From the NCBI GenBank assembly GCA_947492135.1, contig CANLQR010000004.1:1-44857 (forward strand): a stretch of DNA of 44,857 nucleotides. Direction: 5' to 3'. The stretch's first letter is position 1, and every line of letters starts with the position of its first letter. Both the position numbers and the translations under genes were made by a program. The notes below the pieces were generated by a model that worked only from the letters and a program-made list of their open reading frames with translations, did no database searches and was not told the DNA's origin. This document shows, one piece after another, positions 1 to 9,092 of this stretch. Source of the DNA: Deltaproteobacteria bacterium (GTDB taxonomy: Bacteria > Myxococcota_A > Polyangia > Nannocystales > Nannocystaceae).

Positions 1-345
1 CCCGAGGGCCAGTGCGTGGTGCTGCCGCCGTTGTTCGAGGACCTCTGCGTGTTCGGGCCGCCCGGCGAATGCCCGCCGGAGTTTCCCGACCCGACGACGA
101 TCACGCAATCGCAGTGTCTGGAGTGCGAGGCCAACTGCATGCCCACCGATTATTGCAACTCGGTGGTCGCGACGGGATGGTCGATGCAAGGCTGCCAAGG
201 GGTCAGTGGGCCGGAGAGCCCGCCGGGCAGCGCCTGCCAGTCCGGCGATGGCTACGGATCGGCGGGGTTCACCAACGATGCCCAGGATGCCGCCTGTCCA
301 CCGGTCGCGGCGACGACGATGATGCTGCAGCTTTGCTGCGCGTGA
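1..345 (+). CDS. 3' end of a Cys-rich secreted protein (partial; the frame is open from nt 1, stop at 343-345)
   Basis: Frame 1 is open from the window edge. The product is Cys-rich (CxxC-like spacing, ECPPEF, CLECEANC), similar in character to the other Cys-rich lipoproteins in this window. No start codon is visible, so the gene is truncated by the window edge. Confidence 0.45.
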   Translation, partial: PEGQCVVLPPLFEDLCVFGPPGECPPEFPDPTTITQSQCLECEANCMPTDYCNSVVATGWSMQGCQGVSGPESPPGSACQSGDGYGSAGFTNDAQDAACPPVAATTMMLQLCCA

Positions 346-460
346 GACTCTCCACAACCCCAACGGATGCGGTGCCGCCGGCACCGTGAGCCACATCGGA
401 AACCCTGGGCGACGCGGATCGTGGGAACACGCGGGTTCGCGCTAGAGTCACGGAGTCGGC

Positions 461-3400
461 ATGTCAGCATCATCTCGTCGTTGGGTCATGGGAGCGGTCG
501 TGCTCGCAGCGTGTGCAGCATTGCTGTGGTGGTGGTTCGGTCGATCGCCTGCGCCGGAATCGGCGTCGGCCACCACCGCGGCAGCCGGGGCCAAGGCCCC
601 GCCACGTGCCGCGAAGCCGATCGGGTCCGAGCTCGAGCAAGACCGGACCTCGGCGTCCACGATGCCGTGGAATCGGCCCAAGACTTCGATCTCCGGCAAG
701 GTCACCGACGAGGCCGGCAAGCCCGTCGCTCGCGCCCACGTCTGCGCGGTGCTTTCGGGCCGGCGCCTGCCCGACGCCCTGTCGCGCAAGCCGAGCTGCA
801 CGACGAGTGCCGCCGACGGTGTCTACGTCCTGAGCAAGCTGCCGCCGATGCGCGTCAGCGTCGCAGCGAGCGCGGCGACCTATCAGCCCGGCCACTACGA
901 TCCGCCCGGCAAGTTCGACTCGATCGATCTGCGCGCCGGCAAGGAGGTGACGGGGATCGACATCATCTTGCTCAGCGGCGGCGTGGAGATCCGCGGCATC
1001 GTCAAAGACATCGCCGGCGGTGTCGTCGAGGACGCGACCGTCGCCACCCGGCAAGGTTGGGGTTGGGGCAGCGCGGCCGGCCGATCGTTCACCAAGACCG
1101 ACGCGCAAGGTGAGTTCAGTGCGTGGGTCGCCCCGGGCGAGGTGTCGGTCTCCGCGACCGCGCAGGGCTACGCGCCCGGCGACAAGGACGGCCCTGCACC
1201 CGGCTATACGTTCGAGATCCTGCTGACACCCGAGTCCGTGATCGCCGGTCGCGTCGTGCGAGCGAGCGATGGTGCGCCGGTCGCCGACGCCAACGTCACC
1301 GTCGAGCAGTCTTTCTTCGGCGGTGGCGGTGGCGGCACGTACACCGACGCCGACGGCTACTTCCGCCTCGATCGGCTCGAACCCGGGCGCTACAAACCCA
1401 GCGCAGAGTCGCCCGAGTTCTACGGCCAGCTCACCGAGAGCATCCGGCTCGGGCTCGGGCAGACTGTCGACGACGTCGTGATCACGGCGCACCCGATGGC
1501 GTCGTTGCGCGGCCGAATCGTCGTGGCGGGAACCGACACGCCGTGCGAGCGCGGCTCGGTAGACGTGACGGGGCGAGTCTCGAAACACACGGCGCACGCC
1601 GAGGTCGACGTCGGCGGCGAGGTCGTCGTCGCCGCGTTGCCACCGGATACCTACAGCATCGACGTGAACTGCAGCGGCTACGTGGCCAAGGCCACGTACC
1701 CCGAGATCGTCATCGCCGAGGCGGCCATCGTCGATCAGGTGTGGGAAGTCGACGCGGGCATCGTCGCGCGCGGCATCGTCGTCGACCAAGATGGCAAGCC
1801 CATCGCCAAAGCATCGGTCTCGGCGCGGCCGGTCGGCGCCGCCGCCCGCGGCCAACAGACCTTCGGTTGGGGCCAGAAGTCCGACGACAAGGGCGCCTTC
1901 GAGATCGATGGCCTGATCGCCGGCACCTACGAGATGGTCGCCGATCACGACGACTACGTGAGCCCCGAGACGCCGCCCCGGATCACGCTCGGCGACGACG
2001 ACAAGGGCACCGAAACCCGGCTGGTGCTCGAGGCCGGCGGGGTGATCGCCGGCCGTGTGCTCGATGCGAACCGCCGTGCGGTGTCGGGCGCCAGCGTGTC
2101 CGTGGTCGGCAAGCAATGGTGGGGTGGCTCGGCCGCCAACACCGGCGACGACGGCAGCTTCACGATGAAGGCGGTGCGGCCCGGCGATCACCGCGTCGTC
2201 GCCCAGCGCGGATGGTTCAACGAGATGCGCGCGCCGGGCACGACCGACGACGACATCCAGGGCGTACCGGTGTCGGTGCGGGCCGGCGAGACCACCAGCG
2301 TCGATCTGGTGGTCGAGGAGCAGTTCGGGAAGATCGAGGGCAAGGTCGTCGACAGCGACGGCGGCCCCGTCGACGACGCCTTCGTCCATGCCACGCGCGA
2401 GACCGACAGCGCGGCGGCCAGCGCCAAGGGTTCGCGGGCCAGCGTTCGCTGGGGCGCTTGGTCACGCACGCCGGCGCTCACCGAGGGGGATGGCACCTTC
2501 GTCCTCGACGATCTCGAGGTCGGCAAGCACACCGTGATGGCCATGCGCAAGGGCGGTGGCGAGGGCGTGGTCGAGAGCGTCTCGACCGGCACCTCGGGCG
2601 TCGTGATCAAGCTGAGCGAGGGCGGCAGCATCGCCGGCAAGGTGTCGTTGTCGGCCGGCGGCGCGCCCAGGCGGTTCTCGCTGTCCCTGGCCGCGCCGAG
2701 TGCGGGCTTCTGGCGCGAAGAGAGCTTCTTCGAGACCGCGGGCGCGTGGCGGATGTCGGATCTGCCCGCGGGTACCTACGACGTCACCGCGACCGCGACC
2801 GAGGGCACGACCACCACCAAGGTCGAGCTCACCGTCGGCGCGGCGAAGTCGGGCGTCGATCTCGTGCTCACGCCCAAGGTCGACGTCACCGGCACACTGG
2901 TCGACGTCAAGACCGGCGCGCCGGTGCCCGGGATGAAGGTCTCGATCGGTCTACGCAAGGGTGGAGGCTTCTCGTTCGGCTCCGACGAGGGAAACCTGGA
3001 GGACGTCTCCGACGACGCCGGAAAGTTCACGGTGCGCGCAGCCCCGTCGGGCGCGGTGCGCATCATGGTCACCCCGCGCAACTTCTTCGGGGCCGACGAC
3101 ACCAGCTACGGCTGGCACAACATCACGGCCATGATCCCCGCCGAGAACCGTCGCTACGAGCTGCCACCGCTCAAGCTCGCGGCCAGCCGCACCAAGCTGC
3201 GCGAGCGCGGCGGCGACTTCGGCATCACCTTCAAAGAGGGTGATCCGGAGCAGGAGTCCGAAGACGTCCCACTGCGAATCGCCGTCATCCGACCGGGGAG
3301 CCCGGCCGCCAACTCGGAGCTGAAGATCGGCGACGTCATCGTCGAGGTCGACGGCCAGGACGTCACCGGGAGCAACAAGTACCTGTACTACTCGCTGACC

Positions 3401-3481
3401 CGCGTCAACGCGGGCGACGAGGTCAGCTTTGCGGTGGAGGGCGGCGGGACGGTGACGTTGATCGCGGGCAAGCCGGTGTAG
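461..3481 (+). CDS. Large secreted multi-domain protein: N-terminal signal/TM, at least 9 carboxypeptidase-regulatory-like (CarboxypepD_reg/transthyretin-like) repeats, C-terminal PDZ domain
   Basis: 1006-aa ORF. The N-terminus has a hydrophobic segment (VVLAACAALLWWWF). The motif G(R/K)VxDxxGxPVxxAxV recurs at least 9 times. The C-terminus reads IRPGSPAANSELKIGDVIVEVDGQDV, which is typical of a PDZ domain. Protein-like composition, unlike the overlapping Arg-rich shadow ORFs. Confidence 0.75.
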   Translation: MSASSRRWVMGAVVLAACAALLWWWFGRSPAPESASATTAAAGAKAPPRAAKPIGSELEQDRTSASTMPWNRPKTSISGKVTDEAGKPVARAHVCAVLSGRRLPDALSRKPSCTTSAADGVYVLSKLPPMRVSVAASAATYQPGHYDPPGKFDSIDLRAGKEVTGIDIILLSGGVEIRGIVKDIAGGVVEDATVATRQGWGWGSAAGRSFTKTDAQGEFSAWVAPGEVSVSATAQGYAPGDKDGPAPGYTFEILLTPESVIAGRVVRASDGAPVADANVTVEQSFFGGGGGGTYTDADGYFRLDRLEPGRYKPSAESPEFYGQLTESIRLGLGQTVDDVVITAHPMASLRGRIVVAGTDTPCERGSVDVTGRVSKHTAHAEVDVGGEVVVAALPPDTYSIDVNCSGYVAKATYPEIVIAEAAIVDQVWEVDAGIVARGIVVDQDGKPIAKASVSARPVGAAARGQQTFGWGQKSDDKGAFEIDGLIAGTYEMVADHDDYVSPETPPRITLGDDDKGTETRLVLEAGGVIAGRVLDANRRAVSGASVSVVGKQWWGGSAANTGDDGSFTMKAVRPGDHRVVAQRGWFNEMRAPGTTDDDIQGVPVSVRAGETTSVDLVVEEQFGKIEGKVVDSDGGPVDDAFVHATRETDSAAASAKGSRASVRWGAWSRTPALTEGDGTFVLDDLEVGKHTVMAMRKGGGEGVVESVSTGTSGVVIKLSEGGSIAGKVSLSAGGAPRRFSLSLAAPSAGFWREESFFETAGAWRMSDLPAGTYDVTATATEGTTTTKVELTVGAAKSGVDLVLTPKVDVTGTLVDVKTGAPVPGMKVSIGLRKGGGFSFGSDEGNLEDVSDDAGKFTVRAAPSGAVRIMVTPRNFFGADDTSYGWHNITAMIPAENRRYELPPLKLAASRTKLRERGGDFGITFKEGDPEQESEDVPLRIAVIRPGSPAANSELKIGDVIVEVDGQDVTGSNKYLYYSLTRVNAGDEVSFAVEGGGTVTLIAGKPV

Positions 3482-3513
3482 CCGGGACGCGACGCGCTGT
3501 CGAAAACCCCAAC

Positions 3514-4149
3514 TCAGCGGGCGGCGCGACCACGCAGGCCGTCTGCTGCGAACCCCAGCACCGACTCGACCAGGGCCGCCCGTTCGGCCCGCGTGCGGCA
3601 GACCAACGCGCCGTCGCGCAGCAGGGTGGCGGTCCCGTGCACCACCGCCCACGCCTTGGCCTCGGCTCCGCGCCGGCGCGCGGCGGTCAGTTCACCGGCG
3701 ACCACGAGTTCATCGAGTGCATCCGAGAGCAGTTCGTAGGGGTCGCGATCGATGGTCCCCGCGCGACCTCTCACCCGGGGCCGGATGTGCGCAGCGCCGA
3801 ACATCACGACGAATCGGGCGGGCTGGGCAAGCGCGAACTCGACGTAGGCGCGGCCGACCGCGACGAAACCTGCGCGCGCCCGTGCGCGGGAGGTGCCACG
3901 GCGTGGTGTCGCCTCCCGCGCCGTCACCATCGCGTCGGCGAGCGCGGTGAAACCCTCCATCGCCAGCGCCGCCAGCAGGTCCGACCGGTCCGCGAAGTGG
4001 CGGTAGGCGGCAGTGGCGGACACGCCGACATCACGGGCTGCGGCGCGCAGGCTGAACTGCTCGGCGCCGTCGCGGGCGATCCGTACAAGCGCGGCGTCGA
4101 GCAGCGCTCGACGTAGGTCGCCATGGTGGTAGCGCGATCGCTCGGCCAT
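3514..4149 (-). CDS. TetR/AcrR family transcriptional regulator
   Basis: 211 aa. N-terminal HTH reads RYHHGDLRRALLDAALVRIARDGAEQFSLRAAARDVGVSATAAYRHF, which is the TetR_N signature. It is divergent from an MBL-fold gene, with a palindromic operator in the 47-bp intergenic region. Confidence 0.85.
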   Translation of the reverse strand: MAERSRYHHGDLRRALLDAALVRIARDGAEQFSLRAAARDVGVSATAAYRHFADRSDLLAALAMEGFTALADAMVTAREATPRRGTSRARARAGFVAVGRAYVEFALAQPARFVVMFGAAHIRPRVRGRAGTIDRDPYELLSDALDELVVAGELTAARRRGAEAKAWAVVHGTATLLRDGALVCRTRAERAALVESVLGFAADGLRGRAAR

Positions 4150-4157
4150 GGATTTAT

Positions 4158-4186
4158 GTTGACACTGTAAACTTAGGACGTAAAGT
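4158..4186 (+). promoter_or_regulatory. Putative promoter/TetR operator: TTGACA (4159-4164), 16 bp, TAAAGT (4181-4186), overlapping the imperfect palindrome GTTgACAcTGTaAAC (4158-4172)
   Basis: Read directly in the 47-bp divergent intergenic region between the TetR gene start (4149) and the MBL gene start (4197). The sigma-70-like hexamers have good spacing. The 15-bp dyad has one symmetric mismatch pair, as is typical for a TetR operator. Confidence 0.4.
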
Positions 4187-4196
4187 CCCGATCATC

Positions 4197-4988
4197 ATGC
4201 GGACCAAGTTGTCGAGATCCCCCTGCCTTGCCCTGCTGCTGGGTCTGCTGATCTTCGGGGTCGGGTGTGCCACGGCACGGTCGCGACAGACGACCGCGGA
4301 TGGCACCGTCATCCACACCCTGCGCAGGACGTACAACAACGTGCACGTCATCGTCCGCGGGGACCACGCTGTGATGATCGACGGCGGACTGGAGTCGGAT
4401 GCGCCCGCGCTAGCCCGCGACCTCCGGCGCATCGACGTCGACCCGAGCCAGCTGCGGGCGATCATCGTGACCCACGGCCATGCCGATCACGCCGGCGGTG
4501 CGGGGTGGTTCCAGCGTCAGTTCGGCACCAAGATCGTCGTCGGTGCCGGTGATGTCGCCCTCGTCGAGGGTGGCCACAACGATGCGCTTTGCCCGACCGA
4601 TGCGACGGCTCGGCGGCAGCTGCCGAAGCACCAGTCGGCGACGTTCACCCCACTGCGCGCGGACGTCACGGTCGCGCAAGCCATGGCGCTCGAGCCGATC
4701 GCTGGCATCGCCGGCGCGATCGTGCCGGTCGCCGGGCACACCGCCGGATCACTCGTCGTCACGCTCGATGACGTCGTGCTGGTCGGCGACCTGTTTCGCG
4801 GCGAGATCGTCGGCCACTCGGCGACGACGCACTTCTACATGTGTGACCTCGAGGACAACCGCGCGGACGTCCGCAATCTGTTGGATACCCTGGCACCCAC
4901 GGCTCGGCGCTTCTTCACCGGCCACTTCGGCCCGATTGGCAGGGCCGCGGTCGAGCGATTCGCCAGCGCTGGGCCGGCGAGCCGGTGA
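4197..4988 (+). CDS. Metallo-beta-lactamase-fold hydrolase, lipoprotein
   Basis: Signal/lipobox LLGLLIFGVGCATA. HxHxDH motif (THGHADHAGG) plus downstream His/Asp ligands (VAGHTAG). The classic TetR-target arrangement. Confidence 0.8.
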   Translation: MRTKLSRSPCLALLLGLLIFGVGCATARSRQTTADGTVIHTLRRTYNNVHVIVRGDHAVMIDGGLESDAPALARDLRRIDVDPSQLRAIIVTHGHADHAGGAGWFQRQFGTKIVVGAGDVALVEGGHNDALCPTDATARRQLPKHQSATFTPLRADVTVAQAMALEPIAGIAGAIVPVAGHTAGSLVVTLDDVVLVGDLFRGEIVGHSATTHFYMCDLEDNRADVRNLLDTLAPTARRFFTGHFGPIGRAAVERFASAGPASR

Positions 4989-5167
4989 CAGCGGCAAAGA
5001 CCGAGTGCGGTGGCGACGAGTGCATCGTGACGGCCGGCTTGCTGCCACCGGGCTGCGTACCGTCCGCAGACCCCGTGATCTGGCAGTTCCTCAACGCCTT
5101 CGGCAAGGCTCCGCAGCCTGCGGGCTGACCAGAACCCGGCGGCGATCTGCGGTAGGCTCCAGCGCAC

Positions 5168-5758
5168 ATGCGCCGCGCTGAACCCTTCTACGATGCACGG
5201 CTCGCCGACGCGCTCGGATTCGCCGCGACCGCGTTTGCCCACGTCGAGCGCAAGGGCAGCGGTGTGCCCTACCTCAGCCACCTGCTGGCGGTGACGACCT
5301 TGGTGATGGAGTACGGCGGTACCGCCGATCAGTGCATCGCCGCGGTGCTTCACGACTACCTCGAGGATATCGCCGGCAGCTCGGTCGACGAGCTCGCCGA
5401 GCGTTTCGGAGCCGACGTCGCGGCCATCGTGCTCGCGCTGTCGGACTCGACCCAGGACGAGCTCGACGCCACCGGCGGCAAGCCACCTTGGAAGGATCGC
5501 AAGCTGCGCTACCTCGCGCACCTGCGTGACGCGCCGCCGCAGGTGAAGCTCGTCAGCACTGCCGACAAGCTCCACAACGCCTCCTCGATCGTCCGTGATC
5601 GAGAGACCCTGGGCGAAGCGATCTTCGAGCGGTTCACCGCGAGCAAGCCCGAGACGCTGTGGTACTACGCCGCGGTGGTCGACGCGCTTGGCGACGGGTG
5701 GAATCATGCGTTGCTCGACCAGCTGCGCGCGGTGGTGCGGACCCTGCACAGGGGCTGA
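5168..5758 (+). CDS. HD-domain phosphohydrolase ((p)ppGpp-hydrolase-like)
   Basis: PYLSHLLAV...H...LHDYLEDI supplies the H...HD motif. Size (196 aa) and layout are typical of small-alarmone-hydrolase-like HD proteins. Confidence 0.7.
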   Translation: MRRAEPFYDARLADALGFAATAFAHVERKGSGVPYLSHLLAVTTLVMEYGGTADQCIAAVLHDYLEDIAGSSVDELAERFGADVAAIVLALSDSTQDELDATGGKPPWKDRKLRYLAHLRDAPPQVKLVSTADKLHNASSIVRDRETLGEAIFERFTASKPETLWYYAAVVDALGDGWNHALLDQLRAVVRTLHRG

Positions 5759-5786
5759 GGACGGTCCCGCAACCTGCGGTCGAGGA

Positions 5787-6779
5787 ATGGCGACGTTTGC
5801 GACGCCTCGCCGTGGTGATACGTTCCGCCTCGCGATGCTCGTCCTGCCCAAGGCCTCCTGGTGGCGATACGTCCGCCGCTACTCGGGCAGCGAGCTACCG
5901 CGGACCAAATATCGGATCGCCGGCGTGCTCCTGGTCGGCGTGCTCGTCACGTTCCTCGAGGAGCATCACGACTGGCATCCGAACCTCACGTCGCTGCCGT
6001 TCACGCTGGTCGGCGTCGCGCTCGGCATCTTCCTCGGCTTTCGCAACAACGCCAGCTACGATCGCTGGTGGGAGGGCCGCAAGATCTGGGGCAGCGCCAC
6101 CAACGGCGCCCGATCACTGACCCGGCAGATCCTCACGCTGGTGGGGCCGCAGCCTGGCGCGATCGAGGTCGACACCGCGGCCGTCGCCCGGCTCCACACC
6201 GAGCTCGTCCACCGCGTCATCGCCTGGGCCCACGCGTTGCGGCTGTCGCTGCGTGCCGAGGATGGCGCCACCACGCTGGCCCGGTTGCTTCCCGCCGAAG
6301 AGGTCGAACGCCTGACCACCCAGAGCAATCCGGCCTACGCGATCACGCAGGGGACCGCGGATCGACTTCGAGACGCCTATGCACGGGGCTGGGTCCATCC
6401 CATGCACCTGGTCGTACTCGAGCAGTCGCTGACCTCGCTGACCGACGTCCAAGGCGCCGCCGAGCGCATCCAGAACACGCCGATCCCGTTCTCGTACACC
6501 ACACTCATCCACCGCATCACGGCGGTGTACTGCTACGCCCTGCCCTTCGGCGTGGTCGACACGGTCGGGCTATTCACCCCGTTCGTGGTCGGCATCGTCG
6601 CGTATGCGTTCTTCGGCCTCGACGTGATCGGCGAGGAGATCGACATGCCCTTCGGCAAGGACCCCAACGACCTGCCGCTGAACGCGATCACCCGGACGAT
6701 CGAGATCAACCTCCGGCAGCGCCTCGGGGAGACCGACCTGCCGCCGATGCTCGTACCGATCGACGACGTCCTGGACTGA
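5787..6779 (+). CDS. Bestrophin/UPF0187 (YneE-like) family anion channel
   Basis: The LGFRNNASYDRWWEGRKIWG signature closely matches the bacterial bestrophin motif (LGFRNNxSYDRYWEARKLWG). TM helices precede it. The start is chosen at the ATG at 5787 with a GAGGA 5 nt upstream, just after the HD gene stop; the longer track ORF (5595) overlaps the HD gene. Confidence 0.75.
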   Translation: MATFATPRRGDTFRLAMLVLPKASWWRYVRRYSGSELPRTKYRIAGVLLVGVLVTFLEEHHDWHPNLTSLPFTLVGVALGIFLGFRNNASYDRWWEGRKIWGSATNGARSLTRQILTLVGPQPGAIEVDTAAVARLHTELVHRVIAWAHALRLSLRAEDGATTLARLLPAEEVERLTTQSNPAYAITQGTADRLRDAYARGWVHPMHLVVLEQSLTSLTDVQGAAERIQNTPIPFSYTTLIHRITAVYCYALPFGVVDTVGLFTPFVVGIVAYAFFGLDVIGEEIDMPFGKDPNDLPLNAITRTIEINLRQRLGETDLPPMLVPIDDVLD

Positions 6780-6835
6780 CCGGGAGCATCGCGCCCGGCC
6801 GGCCCGCATCGCCGACCGAGGGACCGCGAGCGACC

Positions 6836-7663
6836 TTACCGATAGGCCGGCGCCACGAAGGTGTACTCGACCCGCGCATCGAGCGGCGCAAGGCGTTTGC
6901 CCCGCGCGAGCATCGGTGGAACCCGCCCCTCGTAGCGCAGGATCTTCCGGGTCTTGGTGTCGAACACCAAGCGCATCGGTGGGACCGAAGCCCGCACCAA
7001 CGCGCTGCTCGCCGCAAACGAGAACACCGTCGTCCCGGCCTGGGCCTCGACCTCGCGCAGCTCGCACGCGTACGTGCGCGCGTCGTCGATCACGGCGAAC
7101 CGCAGCTCGAACACCTCGCCGCGGGACAGCGCATCCCAATGTTCGAGCGCCCAACCGAACAACGTCGGACCGACGACCACGGGCACGTCGACCCGCTCGA
7201 TCCGCGTGCGGGTCCGGCCGGCACGCGTGCGCTCGAAGGCGAGGTGGTGTTCGTCGCGCATGCGGGCGCTGCCCACGACTTGATTCTGGCGATTGACCTG
7301 GGTGAGGTCGACGAAGTCGTAGTTCGGTGCGTGGGTCGCGGTCAGCGAGAGCAGCGCGGCGTCATCGGGCCCGCGCGTCAAGTGGGTGGACACGCGACGC
7401 GAACCCTCGGCGCGGACGCGGCGTTGGTAGGTGAACACCGGCTCCTGCTGCGCCGACCGCTGCGGGTCGTAGACCGCCCCGTCGTAGATGAGTTCGCCGG
7501 CGGCGTCGGGTGTGGTCGCGAGCTGATCGAGTGATGCGAATCGAGCGCCCTGGGCCCCCGGCAGCCCGCGACAACCGACCGCGAGCGTGACTGAAACGGC
7601 CACAGCCGCGTAACGAGCGAGCGTGGCAGCGAGAGCCAAAACCGACTGAGTGGGGAACGTCAT
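6836..7663 (-). CDS. Hypothetical lipoprotein
   Basis: The internal ATG at 7663 gives MTFPTQSVLALAATLARYAAVAVSVTLAVGC (signal plus lipobox Cys). The upstream part of the track ORF (to 7996) is Arg-rich and non-protein-like. No recognisable domain. Confidence 0.5.
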   Translation of the reverse strand: MTFPTQSVLALAATLARYAAVAVSVTLAVGCRGLPGAQGARFASLDQLATTPDAAGELIYDGAVYDPQRSAQQEPVFTYQRRVRAEGSRRVSTHLTRGPDDAALLSLTATHAPNYDFVDLTQVNRQNQVVGSARMRDEHHLAFERTRAGRTRTRIERVDVPVVVGPTLFGWALEHWDALSRGEVFELRFAVIDDARTYACELREVEAQAGTTVFSFAASSALVRASVPPMRLVFDTKTRKILRYEGRVPPMLARGKRLAPLDARVEYTFVAPAYR

Positions 7664-7666
7664 GAT

Positions 7667-7743
7667 GGGTCCAGCATGGCGCTCGACCCTGCGACGGGCA
7701 TTGGCGCAGCCCGCCAGAGATGCTGTCCGATCGCGACAATGCG
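7667..7743. repeat. Conserved ~78-nt non-coding element, copy A (second copy at 20081-20158)
   Basis: About 90% identical to 20081-20158 (gggtccagcatggcgctYgaccctgcgacgggcattggcgcagcc...gatgcNgtccgatcgcgacaatgcg). The copies differ by a 1-nt indel, so it is not a conserved ORF. Internal dyads gggtc/gaccc and gcattg/caatgc are present. Confidence 0.55.
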
Positions 7744-7967
7744 CGGCCACGGGCGAGCTGCGCGTGTCGCACCACGACTTCTTGGCGCGGCGGGCCGCTC
7801 CAGAAAACCTCCGCCGACGGACGACACGGCTGGTCTTGTCCCACGTGCGCCCTCGTCGGAAGCCCCCCGCGGACTCGCACCGAGAAATAGTTTGAACCGC
7901 CGGGGCCTGGCGTTCACGTCGGGGTCGAGTGGCCGAGACGTGTGCCCGGCCCGGAGAACCAAACACC

Positions 7968-9092
7968 ATGCGTACCTCGATTTCGTGCCTTTCCACCGCC
8001 CTTGTCCTCGCCTGCCCGCTCGCCGTCGGTTGCTACGGTCCCGCGGACGCCGGCAACGACCACGACGCTGGCGCCTCGACCGGTGAGGCACAGGAGTCCG
8101 AGGGCAGCGACGACGCCAGCTCGACGACCCCCGAGCCCGGCGACGACGACGGCAACGAGGACAGCAGCGACGACGGTGCCGACGCCGGCGAGGATCCCGA
8201 CACCACCGCGGGCGACACCGGCGAGGTGGTCGACACCACGCCGCCGACTCTGGTGAGCAGCGTGCCCGCCGACGGCGACGTGGGGATCTACGCCGACACC
8301 CAGATCCGGCTGGTCTTCTCCGAGCCCATGGACAAGGCCAGCGTTCAGGTCGCCTACCAGAGCGCCGATCTGCCCGAGTTTTTCGTGACCATGGCCTGGA
8401 ACGACGACGGCGACGAGCTGGTCATCACGCCCGCCGGCCTGCTCGAGTACGGCGCCGCATCGTCGCCCGCCGAGGTCATCCCACGGGTCTACACCCTGAC
8501 GATCACCACCGCCGCGACCGACGTCGCCGGCAACGAGCTCGAGCAGGACGCGACCGTCGCGTTCACCACCCTCAAGGCCATCGTCCACGACCTGCCGATC
8601 GTCGCCGCTCTCACCGGCGCGGTGCGCCAGGACGGCGACGCCTACCCCGGGTTCATCATGGCCGGCGACGCGGCCCTCCCGGCCAACGCGCGGTGGAAGG
8701 GCTTCGTGTCGTTCGGCCTCGACGATCTACCCGACGACATCGCGATGTTCGTCGCCGCCGAGCTGGCCTACGAACAGCTCGACGTAATCGGCAGCCCCTA
8801 TGACGATCTCGGATCGCTCGAGATCCACGACGTGGTCTTCGGCGCGACCGATCTGACGGCGTTCGAGGCCGCGTCGACGGGTCCGGTGGGCATCAGCGAC
8901 GAGGTTGGCCTGGGCCAGGACACCTTCGACGTGACCCCGGCGCTGCAGGCCGATCTCGCGGCGGGTGCCGACCTCACCCAGTTCCGCTTCGAGTTCCCGG
9001 TCGCGTCCGACTTCGACGACGCCTACGACTACGCATTGTTCAGCGCGACGGATCCGGGCCCAGTGCTGCGCGTCGGCTACCTCATCCCGTGA
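7968..9092 (+). CDS. Acidic secreted lipoprotein with an SbsA-type Ig-like (Big_5) domain
   Basis: ATG at 7968 is preceded by GGAGAA. Lipoprotein signal MRTSISCLSTALVLACPLAVGC, then an Asp/Glu/Ser-rich linker, then TTPPTLVSSVPADGDVGIYADTQIRLVFSEPMDKASV, which is typical of SbsA_Ig. The 3' end overlaps the convergent kinase gene by 16 nt. Confidence 0.6.
   Translation: MRTSISCLSTALVLACPLAVGCYGPADAGNDHDAGASTGEAQESEGSDDASSTTPEPGDDDGNEDSSDDGADAGEDPDTTAGDTGEVVDTTPPTLVSSVPADGDVGIYADTQIRLVFSEPMDKASVQVAYQSADLPEFFVTMAWNDDGDELVITPAGLLEYGAASSPAEVIPRVYTLTITTAATDVAGNELEQDATVAFTTLKAIVHDLPIVAALTGAVRQDGDAYPGFIMAGDAALPANARWKGFVSFGLDDLPDDIAMFVAAELAYEQLDVIGSPYDDLGSLEIHDVVFGATDLTAFEAASTGPVGISDEVGLGQDTFDVTPALQADLAAGADLTQFRFEFPVASDFDDAYDYALFSATDPGPVLRVGYLIP

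Noticed and set aside
470-2389. 639-aa minus-strand ORF and the 706-aa ORF 1123-3243 (+), overlapping the large secreted-protein gene
   Set aside because: Both are Arg/Gly/Asp-rich with low complexity, typical of out-of-frame or antisense shadows in 70% GC DNA. The 461-3481 frame has domain structure (signal peptide, repeats, PDZ).
4986-5130. Possible +1-frame continuation after the MBL gene stop (…CGGDECIVTAGLLPPGCVPSADPVIWQFLNAFGKAPQPAG)
   Set aside because: Protein-like but short, with no start or RBS. The MBL domain is complete before the stop. Without homologues I cannot tell a frameshifted C-terminal tail from chance.
5861-7534. 557-aa plus-strand ORF across the bestrophin gene and the antisense of the lipoprotein gene
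   Set aside because: Arg/Pro/His-rich with no domains. The bestrophin frame (5787-6779) carries the RWWEGRK signature.
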